Positions 40,101 through 49,700 of a stretch of DNA of 64,000 nt are shown one piece after another. The translations under genes and the position numbers were made by a program. The notes beneath the pieces were generated by a model, which was given only the letters and a program-made list of their open reading frames with translations, was not told the DNA's origin and did no database searches. This stretch comes from an uncultured Pseudomonadota bacterium (GTDB taxonomy: Bacteria; Oederibacteriota; Muellerivitia; Muellerivitales; Muellerivitaceae), in the NCBI GenBank assembly GCA_963836235.1, contig CAWIIP010000002.1:64001-128000 (forward strand), read 5' to 3'. How positions within the stretch are numbered: position 1 is the first letter of the stretch; each line of letters begins with the position of its first letter.

Positions 40101-43100
40101 GTCACGGGCCCCAACATCGTGGAGGCCCCGGTCGTCAAGTCGACAAGCTTCACATAGCTGGTCACGGGAGTAGATCCTGGAACATCCAGGTAGGCGTTAT
40201 AGTTGAAGGTCACACAGTTCCCATCCTCCGCCACTGTGACACAGGAGAAATAGCTCTCGTAAAGGTATTCCTGGGATGTTTCCAGAGTCATAGGTGACCC
40301 ACTAGGCACCGCGGTATCCTGCAGATTGCCGGATGGGCTATAAAGCGAAACCTTCAGGGGAGGGGCGGTTGGGGTGGTTACCCCGAAATTCCCTCCAGAC
40401 AAAGTGATCGAATAGCTGTTGGCATCGGTACCCGAATAGGTCCAGGGACCCACCGATACATATTGGTTATTCGCCAAGTCCGTAAGAGTGGCATAGCTGG
40501 TTTCCGGGATTCCTGTCGGCCCGTTGGCGTCGATGGTCAAGATGAAGCTCTGGCAGGCCCCGTTATTGACGTCCGTCTGCAAGCAGGATAGCGAACTGGA
40601 GGCAATATAAGCCGAGGGATATTCCAGGTTTAAGCTCCCCAGATACTGCGAGTCCAAAACCGCCAGGCTGCCGTTGTCGATCAACTGTACTTCGAACATC
40701 TGGCTTACGGCCTTTTGTCCCACCAAGGACACGCCGAACTGACCCGGCGAAAGATTCCAGGTATTGGCCAGGTACCCACTTCCAGGAATCACAATCGGGC
40801 CCAAGAACATTGAGACACCGTTCGAAAGGTTTGTCATTTCAATCAGGCTCGTTACCGGGCCGGTTCCCGGGACGTACAATTCGGAATAGAAGTTGAAATT
40901 CGCGCAATTCCCGTCTTCCGCCGTGGTGGCACAGCTTAAGTAGTTATACTCGCCATAATACTCGTAGAAATATTCCTCCGGCGCCTCGATCGTCATGGGT
41001 GATCCAATGGGAATCGAAGTATCCAATATTTGGGTCTTGGATTCATTGTATAACTCCACTTGCAACGAAGCGGTCGCCGCCGTAGTGACCCCAAAGTCTC
41101 CGCCCGTTAAAGTGACCGTATAACTTGTGCCGCTCCCCGAGTAGGTCCAAGGCCCCACCCACAGGTACTGGCCGTTCGTCGTATCGGTTACGGCGGCATA
41201 GCTGGTTTCCGAAACCCCGGCGGGCCCATTGGCGTCTATCGTCAAAACAAAGCTCTGGCAGGCTCCATTATTGACGTCCGATACCAGGCAGGACACTGAG
41301 CTGGAGGCGATAGCCGTCGAGGGATATTCCAGGTTCAGGCTTCCCAATGGCTTCCTATCCAAAACAGCGTCCGTCCCGGCATCGATCAACTGCGCCTCGA
41401 ACAGCTGGCTAGCCGCCTGCTGGCCTACTATCGTCACCCCAAACTCCAGCGGCGAAAGATTCCAGGTATTTTGCGCGTAATCGTAGTATCCCCCGGAGAC
41501 CGTAACGGGACCCAGGAAAACTGAAACACCGTTGGAAAGGTTCGTCAATTCGATCAAACTCGTCACCGCACCCGAAATGGGCGCGTAAAGGTAAGTTTGG
41601 AAGCTGAAATTCGAGCAGTATCCGTCCTCCGACGTAGTCGCGCAGCTTAAGTAGTTATACGAATTGTAGTCATATTCGTAGAAATATTCTTCGGGCGATT
41701 CCAGCGTCAAGGGTGATCCGGCGGGAATAGATGTATCCAGTATTTGGCTCTCGGACTCGTTGTAAAGTTCCACCTTCAACGAGGCAGCGGTTGCCGTGGT
41801 AACTCCAAAATCCCCTCCCGCCAGTGTGACCGAATAACTGGTCCCGCTCCCCGTATAGGTCCAGGGACCTACCCACACATATTGGCCGTTCGTGGTATCT
41901 GTTACGGCGGCGTAGCTGGTTTCCGGAATCCCTGTGGGTCCATTGGCGTCAATCGTCAAGACGAAATTCTCGCAAGCTCCATTGTTAATATCCGACACCA
42001 GGCAGGACACGGAGCTGGAGGCGATGGCCGTCGAGGGATATTCCAGGTTCAGGCTTCCCAAAGCCTTCGCGTCCAAAATCACATCCGTTGCGGCGTCGAT
42101 CAATTGCGCCGTGAAGACCTGGCTCAACGCCTGCTGGCCCACGGTTGTCACCCCGAATTGTTGCGGCGAGAGGTTCCAGATATTTCCGGCATAATATCCC
42201 CCGGTATCCGTAACGGGGCCCAGGAACACCGAAACACCGTTGGAAAGGTCCGTGAGCTTGACCAAAGTCGTAACCGGGGTTGAGCCTGGTGCGAATAGTT
42301 CAGTATTAAAATTAAAATTCTCGCAGTACCCGTCCTCCGCCGTGGTCGCGCAGCTCAAGTAGTTATAAGAACTGTAGTAGTTGTAGAAATATTCTTCGGG
42401 CTCCTCCAACGTCAAAGGCGATCCGGAGGGAATGGCATACCCCAAAACTTGACTTTCGGTCGTGTTATAGAGGGTCACTGCCAAGGAAGTGGCAATCGCC
42501 GTGGTGACTCCGAAATCCCCGCCCGTCAGGGTGACTGAATAACTAGTACCGCTCCCCGTGTAAGTCCAAGGTCCTACCCACACATATTGGCCGTTCGTTA
42601 AATCCGCGACGTAAGCGTAACTTTCTGCCGGGTTTCCATTTGAATTGGCATCGATGGTGAGTACAAAGCTTTGGCAAGCCCCGTTATTGGTATCCGAAAG
42701 CAGGCAAGACAGTGAACTTGAAACGGTGTAGCCAGGAACGAAAGTAGGAGAAGGCGTAAAGGTGTTAGTGGGAGGAATAGTGGTATTGGTGGTAGCGGTG
42801 TTACTCGGCGTGGGGGTAATCGTCGGTGTATCCGTGATGGTCGGAGAATTGGTGAAAGTAGGTGAATTTGTAGGTGTAAAGGTGTTCGTGGGAACATTGG
42901 TCGGTGTTGGTGGGGGGGCGGGGCAGGATCCGTTGATGTCAGCGGTGGTGGGATCATAGGCGTAATAGGGCAAGGTAGTATTTACCCGGAAAAAGAACTT
43001 GGGACCGGTAGGACCCGGCGGGTAAAGACCGAAAGGTTGATTGGGGTTGACTACTTGTATCCACGCATGGCCGTTTGCCCCTGCCGGTCCCAGGCTAACA

Positions 43101-43888
43101 CAATAAACATCCCCCGCTTGGAGGTAGGAAGGTGAAACTCCCGCAGCCTGCTTGGCGACAGTGGAAGAAGCCACAAAGGCCGAGGTGACTGGAGTGCTGT
43201 CAAAATTAACGATCGGTCCGTTTCCTAGATAGGCGATCCCGTTGCTGGCTAAGGCAGCAAGCAAGTAAGTACCTGTGCCTACTGTTCCAATGGCCAAATC
43301 CGGAGAACCCGTTGGCGTAGCCGACAGGATGTCGGGCTGGAAAGTGAAATAGGCGGTGGTTACTCCAGCCGCGCTTACTCCATAAGAGGAGGTATCCACC
43401 GCGTAGCAATTGCGGACAACCGATCCCATGGTTACCCAAATATCGCTGACGCCACCCGCGTTGATGTCCGACTGCGCCGCGCCCAGGGCAAGGGGCTGGT
43501 GATTGGACGCATTGTTAAGCTGGAACGACAACAGCCGCGAAGCCCCTTGGGGAACCACAATAGAAAAATCCAATTCCCCCGACTGTGTCGCCGTGCTGAA
43601 AGGACCCGCCACGCCCGTAACAGGCCCCATGTTAGGCCCCGTTACCTGGTACATGACTTCGTTGCTGGCAACCCCCAGGAGGCTATCCTTGATCTCCTTG
43701 GATATGGGCATAGAAAAGGAAAGGGAAAGACCCCTCACCGCCACCAAGGGAGCTGTCGGAGACATTTTCCCCTGGCACCCCCAATGAGAAAAAAGAATCA
43801 ATAAGCCCATGGCCAATACCAAAGTCGTCCCGAGGAACCCCCCCGAAGACTTTCTAAACCAGGGTTTCCACCCTTTCACGAGCGTCAT
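37115..43888 (-). CDS. Giant (~2257 aa) repetitive probable surface lipoprotein
   Basis: ATG 43888 overlaps the upstream stop (ATGA); hydrophobic stretch plus HWG-C; N-domain, PT linker, 8 two-module Cys repeats. Confidence 0.85.
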   Translation of the reverse strand: MTLVKGWKPWFRKSSGGFLGTTLVLAMGLLILFSHWGCQGKMSPTAPLVAVRGLSLSFSMPISKEIKDSLLGVASNEVMYQVTGPNMGPVTGVAGPFSTATQSGELDFSIVVPQGASRLLSFQLNNASNHQPLALGAAQSDINAGGVSDIWVTMGSVVRNCYAVDTSSYGVSAAGVTTAYFTFQPDILSATPTGSPDLAIGTVGTGTYLLAALASNGIAYLGNGPIVNFDSTPVTSAFVASSTVAKQAAGVSPSYLQAGDVYCVSLGPAGANGHAWIQVVNPNQPFGLYPPGPTGPKFFFRVNTTLPYYAYDPTTADINGSCPAPPPTPTNVPTNTFTPTNSPTFTNSPTITDTPTITPTPSNTATTNTTIPPTNTFTPSPTFVPGYTVSSSLSCLLSDTNNGACQSFVLTIDANSNGNPAESYAYVADLTNGQYVWVGPWTYTGSGTSYSVTLTGGDFGVTTAIATSLAVTLYNTTESQVLGYAIPSGSPLTLEEPEEYFYNYYSSYNYLSCATTAEDGYCENFNFNTELFAPGSTPVTTLVKLTDLSNGVSVFLGPVTDTGGYYAGNIWNLSPQQFGVTTVGQQALSQVFTAQLIDAATDVILDAKALGSLNLEYPSTAIASSSVSCLVSDINNGACENFVLTIDANGPTGIPETSYAAVTDTTNGQYVWVGPWTYTGSGTSYSVTLAGGDFGVTTATAASLKVELYNESESQILDTSIPAGSPLTLESPEEYFYEYDYNSYNYLSCATTSEDGYCSNFSFQTYLYAPISGAVTSLIELTNLSNGVSVFLGPVTVSGGYYDYAQNTWNLSPLEFGVTIVGQQAASQLFEAQLIDAGTDAVLDRKPLGSLNLEYPSTAIASSSVSCLVSDVNNGACQSFVLTIDANGPAGVSETSYAAVTDTTNGQYLWVGPWTYSGSGTSYTVTLTGGDFGVTTAATASLQVELYNESKTQILDTSIPIGSPMTIEAPEEYFYEYYGEYNYLSCATTAEDGNCANFNFYSELYVPGTGPVTSLIEMTNLSNGVSMFLGPIVIPGSGYLANTWNLSPGQFGVSLVGQKAVSQMFEVQLIDNGSLAVLDSQYLGSLNLEYPSAYIASSSLSCLQTDVNNGACQSFILTIDANGPTGIPETSYATLTDLANNQYVSVGPWTYSGTDANSYSITLSGGNFGVTTPTAPPLKVSLYSPSGNLQDTAVPSGSPMTLETSQEYLYESYFSCVTVAEDGNCVTFNYNAYLDVPGSTPVTSYVKLVDLTTGASTMLGPVTNIGNQNLYYSVPLTGANFGLPSGQSAISQVFQAQLYDSTQTQVWDTKTTGVLNIENSSTAASLAGASAACLLSDSGNGACQSFVLTIDANSSGGPAESYAYVTNTTNNNSLWVGPWTYTGTGISYSVTLTAGDFGISTATAASLAVTLYNAAQNVALGNTVPTGLPVSLEAPEEYFYEYYSDYNNLSCATTAEDGNCSNFNFDTELYAPGASPVTSMVQLIDLSNGTTMFLGPITITEGYASNTWNFSAEQFGVTTVGQQAVSQMFEAQLIDNGSQAVLDAKALGSMNFEYPSSYIASSSVSCLVSDINNGACQSFVLSIDADAPTGNLGTSYAKVTDATNNQYVWVGPWNYTGSGTSYSVTLTGGDFGVTTATTTSLKVDLYDPTQTKILDTSVLGTPFQLESPEEYFYYYSYDSYNYLSCATTTEEGNCSNFNFYTELFAPSGSGPVTSLIELTNLSNGTTVFLGPVTDNGGYYVANTWNFSPQQFGVTMVGQQAVSQVFEAQLIDAASSAVLDARALGSLNLEYPGISIASSSVSCLVSDINNGACQSFVLTINADGSTGVPETSYAAVTDTTNNEYVWVGPWTYTGSGTSYSVTLTGGDFGVTTATTTSLKVTLYDESETKILDTATPGGSPFMLEAPEESFYEYYNEYNYLSCATTAEDESCVNFNFDTELFAPSGSGPVTSLIELTNLSNGTTVFLGPVTDNGGYYVANTWNLSPEQFGVTAVGQKAAGQVFLAQLVDAGTDAVVDTKPLGNLNLEFPSSYIASSGVSCLVSDSGNGACQNFLLTINANGPAGIPETSYAAVTDTVNNTGRWVGPWTYNGSGTSYSVTLSGGDFGVTTAITAPLKVTLYNQAQNQILDTSVPSGTPFVMESPVEYFYYNYSLSCLTNGEDGNCETFNFEAYLHVPGTTAVTSYLKVVDTTNGTSVFLGPVTLAAGAYNYFNYTLSASQFGLSVGQAVSGQVFQAQLYDSTQLHIYDTEPLGTLGLEVP
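37118..42722 (-). repeat. Eight diverged ~708-bp (~236 aa) intragenic tandem repeats
   Basis: CLxSDxxNGAC-type motif x8 alternating with CxTxxE(D/E)xxC x8; offset 37963 to 38671 = 708 bp. Confidence 0.92.
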
Positions 43889-45087
43889 AGGCTCACCTCG
43901 TAATGGGTTCCGAAGGTCCAATGACCGTAATCAACATTCACGCGGTTTAACTGTTGGTCAGTATCCGCGTTTTGCCAAACAATAAAATCGTAACCCACCG
44001 AAAACTTAAGGTGTGAAGAAGCGTCGAGTTTGAGTTGATAAGAGGGTTCCAGGCCCAAAAGAAAACCACCGCCGTCATAAAAAGAGTTTCCAATAGGATA
44101 GTCATTGGCCAATATATATTTTACCTGGGCTAAAACTGTGAAATCGCCAAAGGCGTAACTGGGGGTTAAATAAAACCTCGTCCCCAGGGAACCATTGGAT
44201 TGTGAAACCATCTGAGTCGGTAGAAAATACTGTCCACCTACCTCGAAAGAAAAAGCCTTGGGATTCGACCAGCCATAGGAAGCGTTCAAGTTGGGCCCCA
44301 TCGTCAGCAAGTTAGAGCCGTCTAACTTGGTGGAAAGGAAATAAAAGGCCGATAGCCGGATGACATCGCTCTGGCCGCCCCCATGATCCGCCAATCGGTT
44401 CAAAGAGAGAAATACCGAATCCCCCAGTTTCAACTGTTCCGCCGGGCTCCCCACTTCTCCATAATAGGGATTGAAAGCACCTGTATACATATAGCCCGCC
44501 GCCAAGCCGAACTGTTCTCCTCCGGCCTGAAGGGAAAGTCCGTAAAGCAGACTCGTCCCGAAACCCCTTCCCCGATAGTCGCTGTCGATAAACTCAGTGG
44601 GAACGATGGAATTGGTTTGCTGGGTCTCCCAGGCGGAATTGCCCGTGGGAATATTGATTCCAACACTCAAAATGGAAGGAAGGTCGAAGCTTTTGAAATC
44701 GGTCTGCAAACCCAACACCGTGTCCGAAAAGTGCCTTAAGGAAATAGTCTCGGTGGTTCCATCCTGCGAATCCGTATAGTTTCCAGCGGCATATTCGGTC
44801 TGGGCGAAAACCCGACCGCCATTCCAGGGAATGACCGATAAAGTCAATGGCGTTAAAACTTCCCAGCCGTTGTCCGGAAGGGGGCTATTGGATTGCCAAC
44901 CCACCCCTTGGACTCCGAGGTCCAAGGTCCCCCAAGGGGCCGGAGCTTTCGCCGGCGGATTTTCAGTTTGGGCCAGAACTGATGTAAGACACCCGAAAAA
45001 AACTATGGCTAGTAGAGCAAAAGAAACTCCGTGAAGATTTCGGAGAAAGAACTGAACTGTTGGTTTCAAATATTGGGCCGCGATCAT
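43885..45087 (-). CDS. Probable outer-membrane beta-barrel protein
   Basis: Signal peptide; many alternating amphipathic aromatic strands; C-terminal WTFGTHYEVSL strand. Confidence 0.7.
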   Translation of the reverse strand: MIAAQYLKPTVQFFLRNLHGVSFALLAIVFFGCLTSVLAQTENPPAKAPAPWGTLDLGVQGVGWQSNSPLPDNGWEVLTPLTLSVIPWNGGRVFAQTEYAAGNYTDSQDGTTETISLRHFSDTVLGLQTDFKSFDLPSILSVGINIPTGNSAWETQQTNSIVPTEFIDSDYRGRGFGTSLLYGLSLQAGGEQFGLAAGYMYTGAFNPYYGEVGSPAEQLKLGDSVFLSLNRLADHGGGQSDVIRLSAFYFLSTKLDGSNLLTMGPNLNASYGWSNPKAFSFEVGGQYFLPTQMVSQSNGSLGTRFYLTPSYAFGDFTVLAQVKYILANDYPIGNSFYDGGGFLLGLEPSYQLKLDASSHLKFSVGYDFIVWQNADTDQQLNRVNVDYGHWTFGTHYEVSL

Positions 45088-46025
45088 GGAACGGCCTCCC
45101 CTGGTGGAACAATAATGTGGATCTTGACACTTTGTTGGGATTGGTTAAGGTTGTTATCTCCGTTGATTAAAATTCCACCCAAAAATTGGTTGTTCAAATC
45201 GCCAAGGCAGGAGTTAGGTTGTAATCCTGAAGAACCGTTACCTTCTGTTCCAGTTTGAGTGCCGTTACCGGGAGTGTTAGAAGAACCGGTGTTTGAATTA
45301 TCTTGTCCGTTGTCGGTTCCACTGTTTCCGGTAGAACCGCCATTGGCCCCGGAATTGTTGCCATTGTTTCCTCCAGACCCATTACCCGAGGAGCCCCCGG
45401 AACTTCCTTTGCCACCGTTGCCTCCACCCTTACCAGAGGAACCCGCGTTCAATAATTTTCCATCCCATTTTCCGTTGAAGAAACGCCCTTCTTGCCCCTT
45501 CCCAAACAACTGGGTTGCCCCTCCGCTGGCCGCACCGACCAAGCCCTCAAGAACACTTAAATCCAACTTTTTAGTGTCCGGATCGAAGTTCATGGAAAAC
45601 TGCGTTCCCCGGACCCCGCAAACCACTCCTCCCGCCTCCACCTCGAAACTGGATTTGGCGGTTATGAGTTTCCGTACCTGCGCAAACAGTTTGCCGATCG
45701 CTAGTTGGAATAAAAAATTCTTGGTCTCGGGAGAAGGTTGGGTCAAGGAGGTGATGGTTAAACGGCTGTTGGCGGATAAGTCCAGCGATGAACCATCGGG
45801 AAGGCTAACAGAAGCTTGAGAATCGGATCCCACCTGAATGGTATCTCCCGGATGGATCACATGACCAAGGACAGCCTTACGAGAATGGCCTTTAGGCGTA
45901 AAAACCTTAACCTGCCCCTTGAACGATGAAAAAGTGGCGTCCTTTTTCCCTTCCCCCAGCGCACTGGAGGCGAGCCCATAGACCGATAAAAGAAAAAGTA
46001 AAAATAATGTTCCAGCTTTTTTCAT
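45084..46025 (-). CDS. Exported FecR-domain protein with Gly/Ser/Asn linker
   Basis: Signal peptide; GDTIQVG..LPDGS..LSANSRL..GKLFAQV..GVRGTQF..VLEGLV. Confidence 0.88.
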   Translation of the reverse strand: MKKAGTLFLLFLLSVYGLASSALGEGKKDATFSSFKGQVKVFTPKGHSRKAVLGHVIHPGDTIQVGSDSQASVSLPDGSSLDLSANSRLTITSLTQPSPETKNFLFQLAIGKLFAQVRKLITAKSSFEVEAGGVVCGVRGTQFSMNFDPDTKKLDLSVLEGLVGAASGGATQLFGKGQEGRFFNGKWDGKLLNAGSSGKGGGNGGKGSSGGSSGNGSGGNNGNNSGANGGSTGNSGTDNGQDNSNTGSSNTPGNGTQTGTEGNGSSGLQPNSCLGDLNNQFLGGILINGDNNLNQSQQSVKIHIIVPPGEAVP

Positions 46026-46260
46026 AAGAATTCTTGAAACCCTTTACCGAAAGATTCGACCGGGTATTTTCAGCACCTGACCACGAGCACGAATTTAAAA
46101 AATCGAAGAACCCATGGATTTTTCAAAACTCCGAAAAATACCCGCCCTTGTTCAGATTTTCAATTATTTATTCTTCAAAGCGATGCGTTGTATTTTCACT
46201 GGTCATATCATGTGGAGAAAAGATGTGGGAGACCTTATCCAACAATCGAAACCAAAAAGT

Positions 46261-46494
46261 CTAGTTTGGGTTAGTCCCCCGGGGATGAGTACTGCCGGTA
46301 ATGGGATTCGTTTTGGTCCCACGCTTCGTGGTTGACTTATGGCCAGTCGGGGCCGAAGTGCTAACCAAGGTTCCCTTGATCGGATTTTCTTTACTACCCA
46401 AGGGCGCGCCATTGGTGCTGGTCTGGGCCAGCAATAGGACCGGAACAGAGATCGTGGCCATGGCAGCTGCCACTACTAAATACTTTCGAACCAT
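46261..46494 (-). CDS. 77-aa secreted low-complexity basic protein
   Basis: AGGAGG RBS before ATG 46494; signal peptide ending LLLA|QT. Confidence 0.65.
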   Translation of the reverse strand: MVRKYLVVAAAMATISVPVLLLAQTSTNGAPLGSKENPIKGTLVSTSAPTGHKSTTKRGTKTNPITGSTHPRGTNPN

Positions 46495-46678
46495 AAAAAA
46501 CCTCCTTGAACGGCTTGTCGGCGACAATATGTTAGCCCCAATAGAAGATTTAAGAAAATAAAAAAACACTCCCCCACACGAATGAAATTTCGACGAAATT
46601 GAGGAGCCGGAGAGCCTGAAAATACGCCAAGAATAATGGTTTTTATGGTTTACAAGAATTTGACAAAGAAAAATAAAT

Positions 46679-46705
46679 TGGTGCCCAGGTCGGACTTGGA
46701 CCAAC
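46679..46705 (-). pseudogene. Degenerate tRNA 3' fragment (T-arm, acceptor strand, CCA); possible att scar
   Basis: Minus strand GTTGG-TCCAAGT-CCGAC-CTGGGC-ACCA; no D or anticodon arm upstream. Confidence 0.55.
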
Positions 46706-46761
46706 ATGTCCATAGTGAATCTTATTGAAAAAGAATATTTTATTTAAAAAAACGGCGTAAC

Positions 46762-49700
46762 TTACTGGATCACCAAGACCTTCAGAACTTTGGAGGTTTT
46801 TACCGGGCCGGAGACCTGGACCCTGAGGTAGTAAAGGCCGTTGGCCACCGGTCTTTTCCAGGCGTCTTCAAGATCCCACACAAGAATAGAGCTATTGCCC
46901 GAAACGGGATTGGAGTTATCCAGTACCTTGCGGAAGGCCGTCGTAAAAACGCTCCATTCCACGGTGGAACCTAGGGGCACCTGCAATTGTAAAGACACCG
47001 GGCCTGAGCCCATCACGGGATTGGGATAGGGTGGTCCAATCACTACCCCTGTCACGCCTGGAGTGGGACTTATTGTCGGTGTCGAAGTGATTAAAGGTGT
47101 ATTGGTCAACGTAGGTGTCCCAGTTAAGGTTGGCGTTAAGGTTGGGCTATAGGTCAGGGTAATGGTGGGTGTTTCGGAAGGAGTAAATGTTAAAGTTACC
47201 GTCGGGCTGTTGGTTAAGGTCGCTGTTGGGGTGATGGTCGCGGTGGCCGTTGTCGTAAAAGTGGGAGTTATCGTCGGACTTGCCGTGGGTGTCCGGGTGG
47301 GAGTAGGAGTCCGGACGATGGTCCAGCAGGATGCCGCGGGGCAGGTTCCAAAACTGTAAACCTGGCCGTTACTCCCGTCGGCCACAAACCATCCGCCGTT
47401 GCCCGCCGCCACGCCCTCGGTGTCGTAAAAATTCGCCCCGGTTCCTGGCCCGGAGACCACGCCCAAAACAGTTCCATTCGGATCAAAAACTCCCACGCTG
47501 CTGAAACCGTCAGTCACAAAAACAAGGCAGTCGCCGGTGGTCGCCAGGAAATTGGCGGTTAAAAGTGAAGTTTCAAGGGTCGCGTCCCACTGTCTTTTCC
47601 ACTTCCCCGTCCCGTCGAAGACCTGGACTATTCCAGTTTCTCCGTCGGCTACGTAGACCTCTCCTTGGCCATTCAAGGCGACCCCCGCGGGCTCTAGGAA
47701 GCTTCCATCCCCATTTACGCCAGGGAAACCCCAGGCGGTCAGCGTGGAAACCGCCGGGATTCCGGTAGTGGTCACGAGGAACTCCTGCATTCGCTGATTC
47801 CCTGAATCCGCAACAAAAACCGTGGTGCCACTGGAGCCTGTAGTAACCGCGATGCCATAGGGCGCCTCGAATTGCCCGCCCCCCGAGCCAGAGGTCCCCC
47901 AGTTTAGGACCAGGGACCCCGAGGCGTTAAAGACGTCCACCATATTCTGTTGTTCATCCGTCACGTAGGCATAGCCGTTGGCGTCCATGGCCACTCCCAC
48001 CGGCAGGGCCTCCGGCCCCAGAGATAATGCGGGGCCCGGAACGTCGACGGAGTTGAAAGTATCCACCGCGTTCACCGAGCTATTCACCACATAGAGGTTC
48101 CCTCCCGTGTCCAAGGCGGCACCCCATGGCTGGGAAACCGCCAGGGGCGTCCCGACCAGGGGACAGGAAAGGATCGGTGCTGGGGGATAAGTAGGCGTGA
48201 CGGTGGGCGTATACGTGAAGGTGGCCGTACTCTCGGGAACTGAACAATGCAATTTGATAATGGTATCCATGGACGTGTGTCCGGCGTAAACGTTTCCGGC
48301 CGGATCTACCGCGATGGATTGGCCGTAAACCGGCGCGATGGCGCAGCTCCATCGGAAATTGAAATTTGGATCAAATGTATAGTAATCCTCGACGGCCCCC
48401 ACAAAGACATTCCCGAAGGCGTCCGCAACGATACGGCCCATATAATCGTTGCCGTTGGATGTTTGCCAGAAAGCATGGTATGCGTAGGTATTGGACCCCG
48501 CCGGTGCCTGAAGATACTGGAGCACGCGTTGGGCAATGTCCCCATCCGACAGGTAAAGGGTCGAGGGTGCGCCGGCGTTCCCCGGGACGTACAGGATGCC
48601 GGGAGCGCCTTGGTGGACCGGGCTGGCATCGGTGGAAAATGACAACTGAGCCAAAGTGGAAGTACTGGCAGACTGGGTGATTAGGTACAGATTTCCGGAG
48701 TCGCAACCCGCGTAAATTTCCGGGTAGGACGACCCAGGGGCCACTGACAGGCTCCGCACCCCGTTTTCCGGGATGCTGAAGGTTTCCACGATATTCCCCG
48801 AGGGAAGTTGGGCCTTGAACACCTTGCTATTGTAGTCGGCTACGTACAAATAGCCGTCCCCCCCCATCGCCATGGCCGTGATGCTGTCAAAGGAAGCTGG
48901 CATGGAATTGTTCAGGATCGCCCCGTTCGCTGGGTTGAGCCCCAAAATCGTGGCGCCTCCGCCCGCGTAAAGAGTGGCGGGCCCCGAGGGATCATAAGCC
49001 AGGCCGTCTACGTCGGGAAGCGGACCTGAAGTGACAGTCCAGGCCGTCAGGCAGCAGTTGGGAATGGATGTCGGGGTGAAGGTGGGAACGGCGGAGTTCC
49101 AAGTGAAGGTAGGTGTTGGTGTGGCCGTGGATGAGGGTGAAGCTGTCGCGGTAAAGGATACCGTGGGAGTGGCCGTGAGGATTGGAGTATTCGAGGGGGT
49201 TGAGGTGAGGGTGAGCGTTGGGGTCCAGGAGCCCGTTGAAGTGGCGGTGGCAGTGGGCACCGGGAAAGGCTGGAGGTAAATAAGGACTCGGCTTCGGTTA
49301 TGGTTGGCCACGTAGAGGTTACCTTGGTCGTCAAAGGTTTCGGAATAATCCTGCGGCCCATAGTCCTTTAGGTAGGTGACTGGGTTAGCGCCCCCGCCCA
49401 GTGGATTCTGGAAGACCATGGTAAAAACAGAACCCCCGCTTTGGGCGTCCGAACCTGCGGTCATTACGGTGTCACCCGGGGAAAGAGCCGGTTCCCAGGG
49501 CCCCAATGCGTTGTAAACCATCGTGGCCGAAACCGCGTACAAGGGAGTAGCACCGCTGTTTTGGATGCTGGCTGCGCTGTACATCAGGATCCGGCCGTCA
49601 CCGTTGAACTCCAGTGAATGGTCCCCCACGAACAGGTTTCCGTACTGGTCCAATACCGCTGATCCGGGGTTATTCATGTTGTTGTTGGCGGGGGTTCCTC

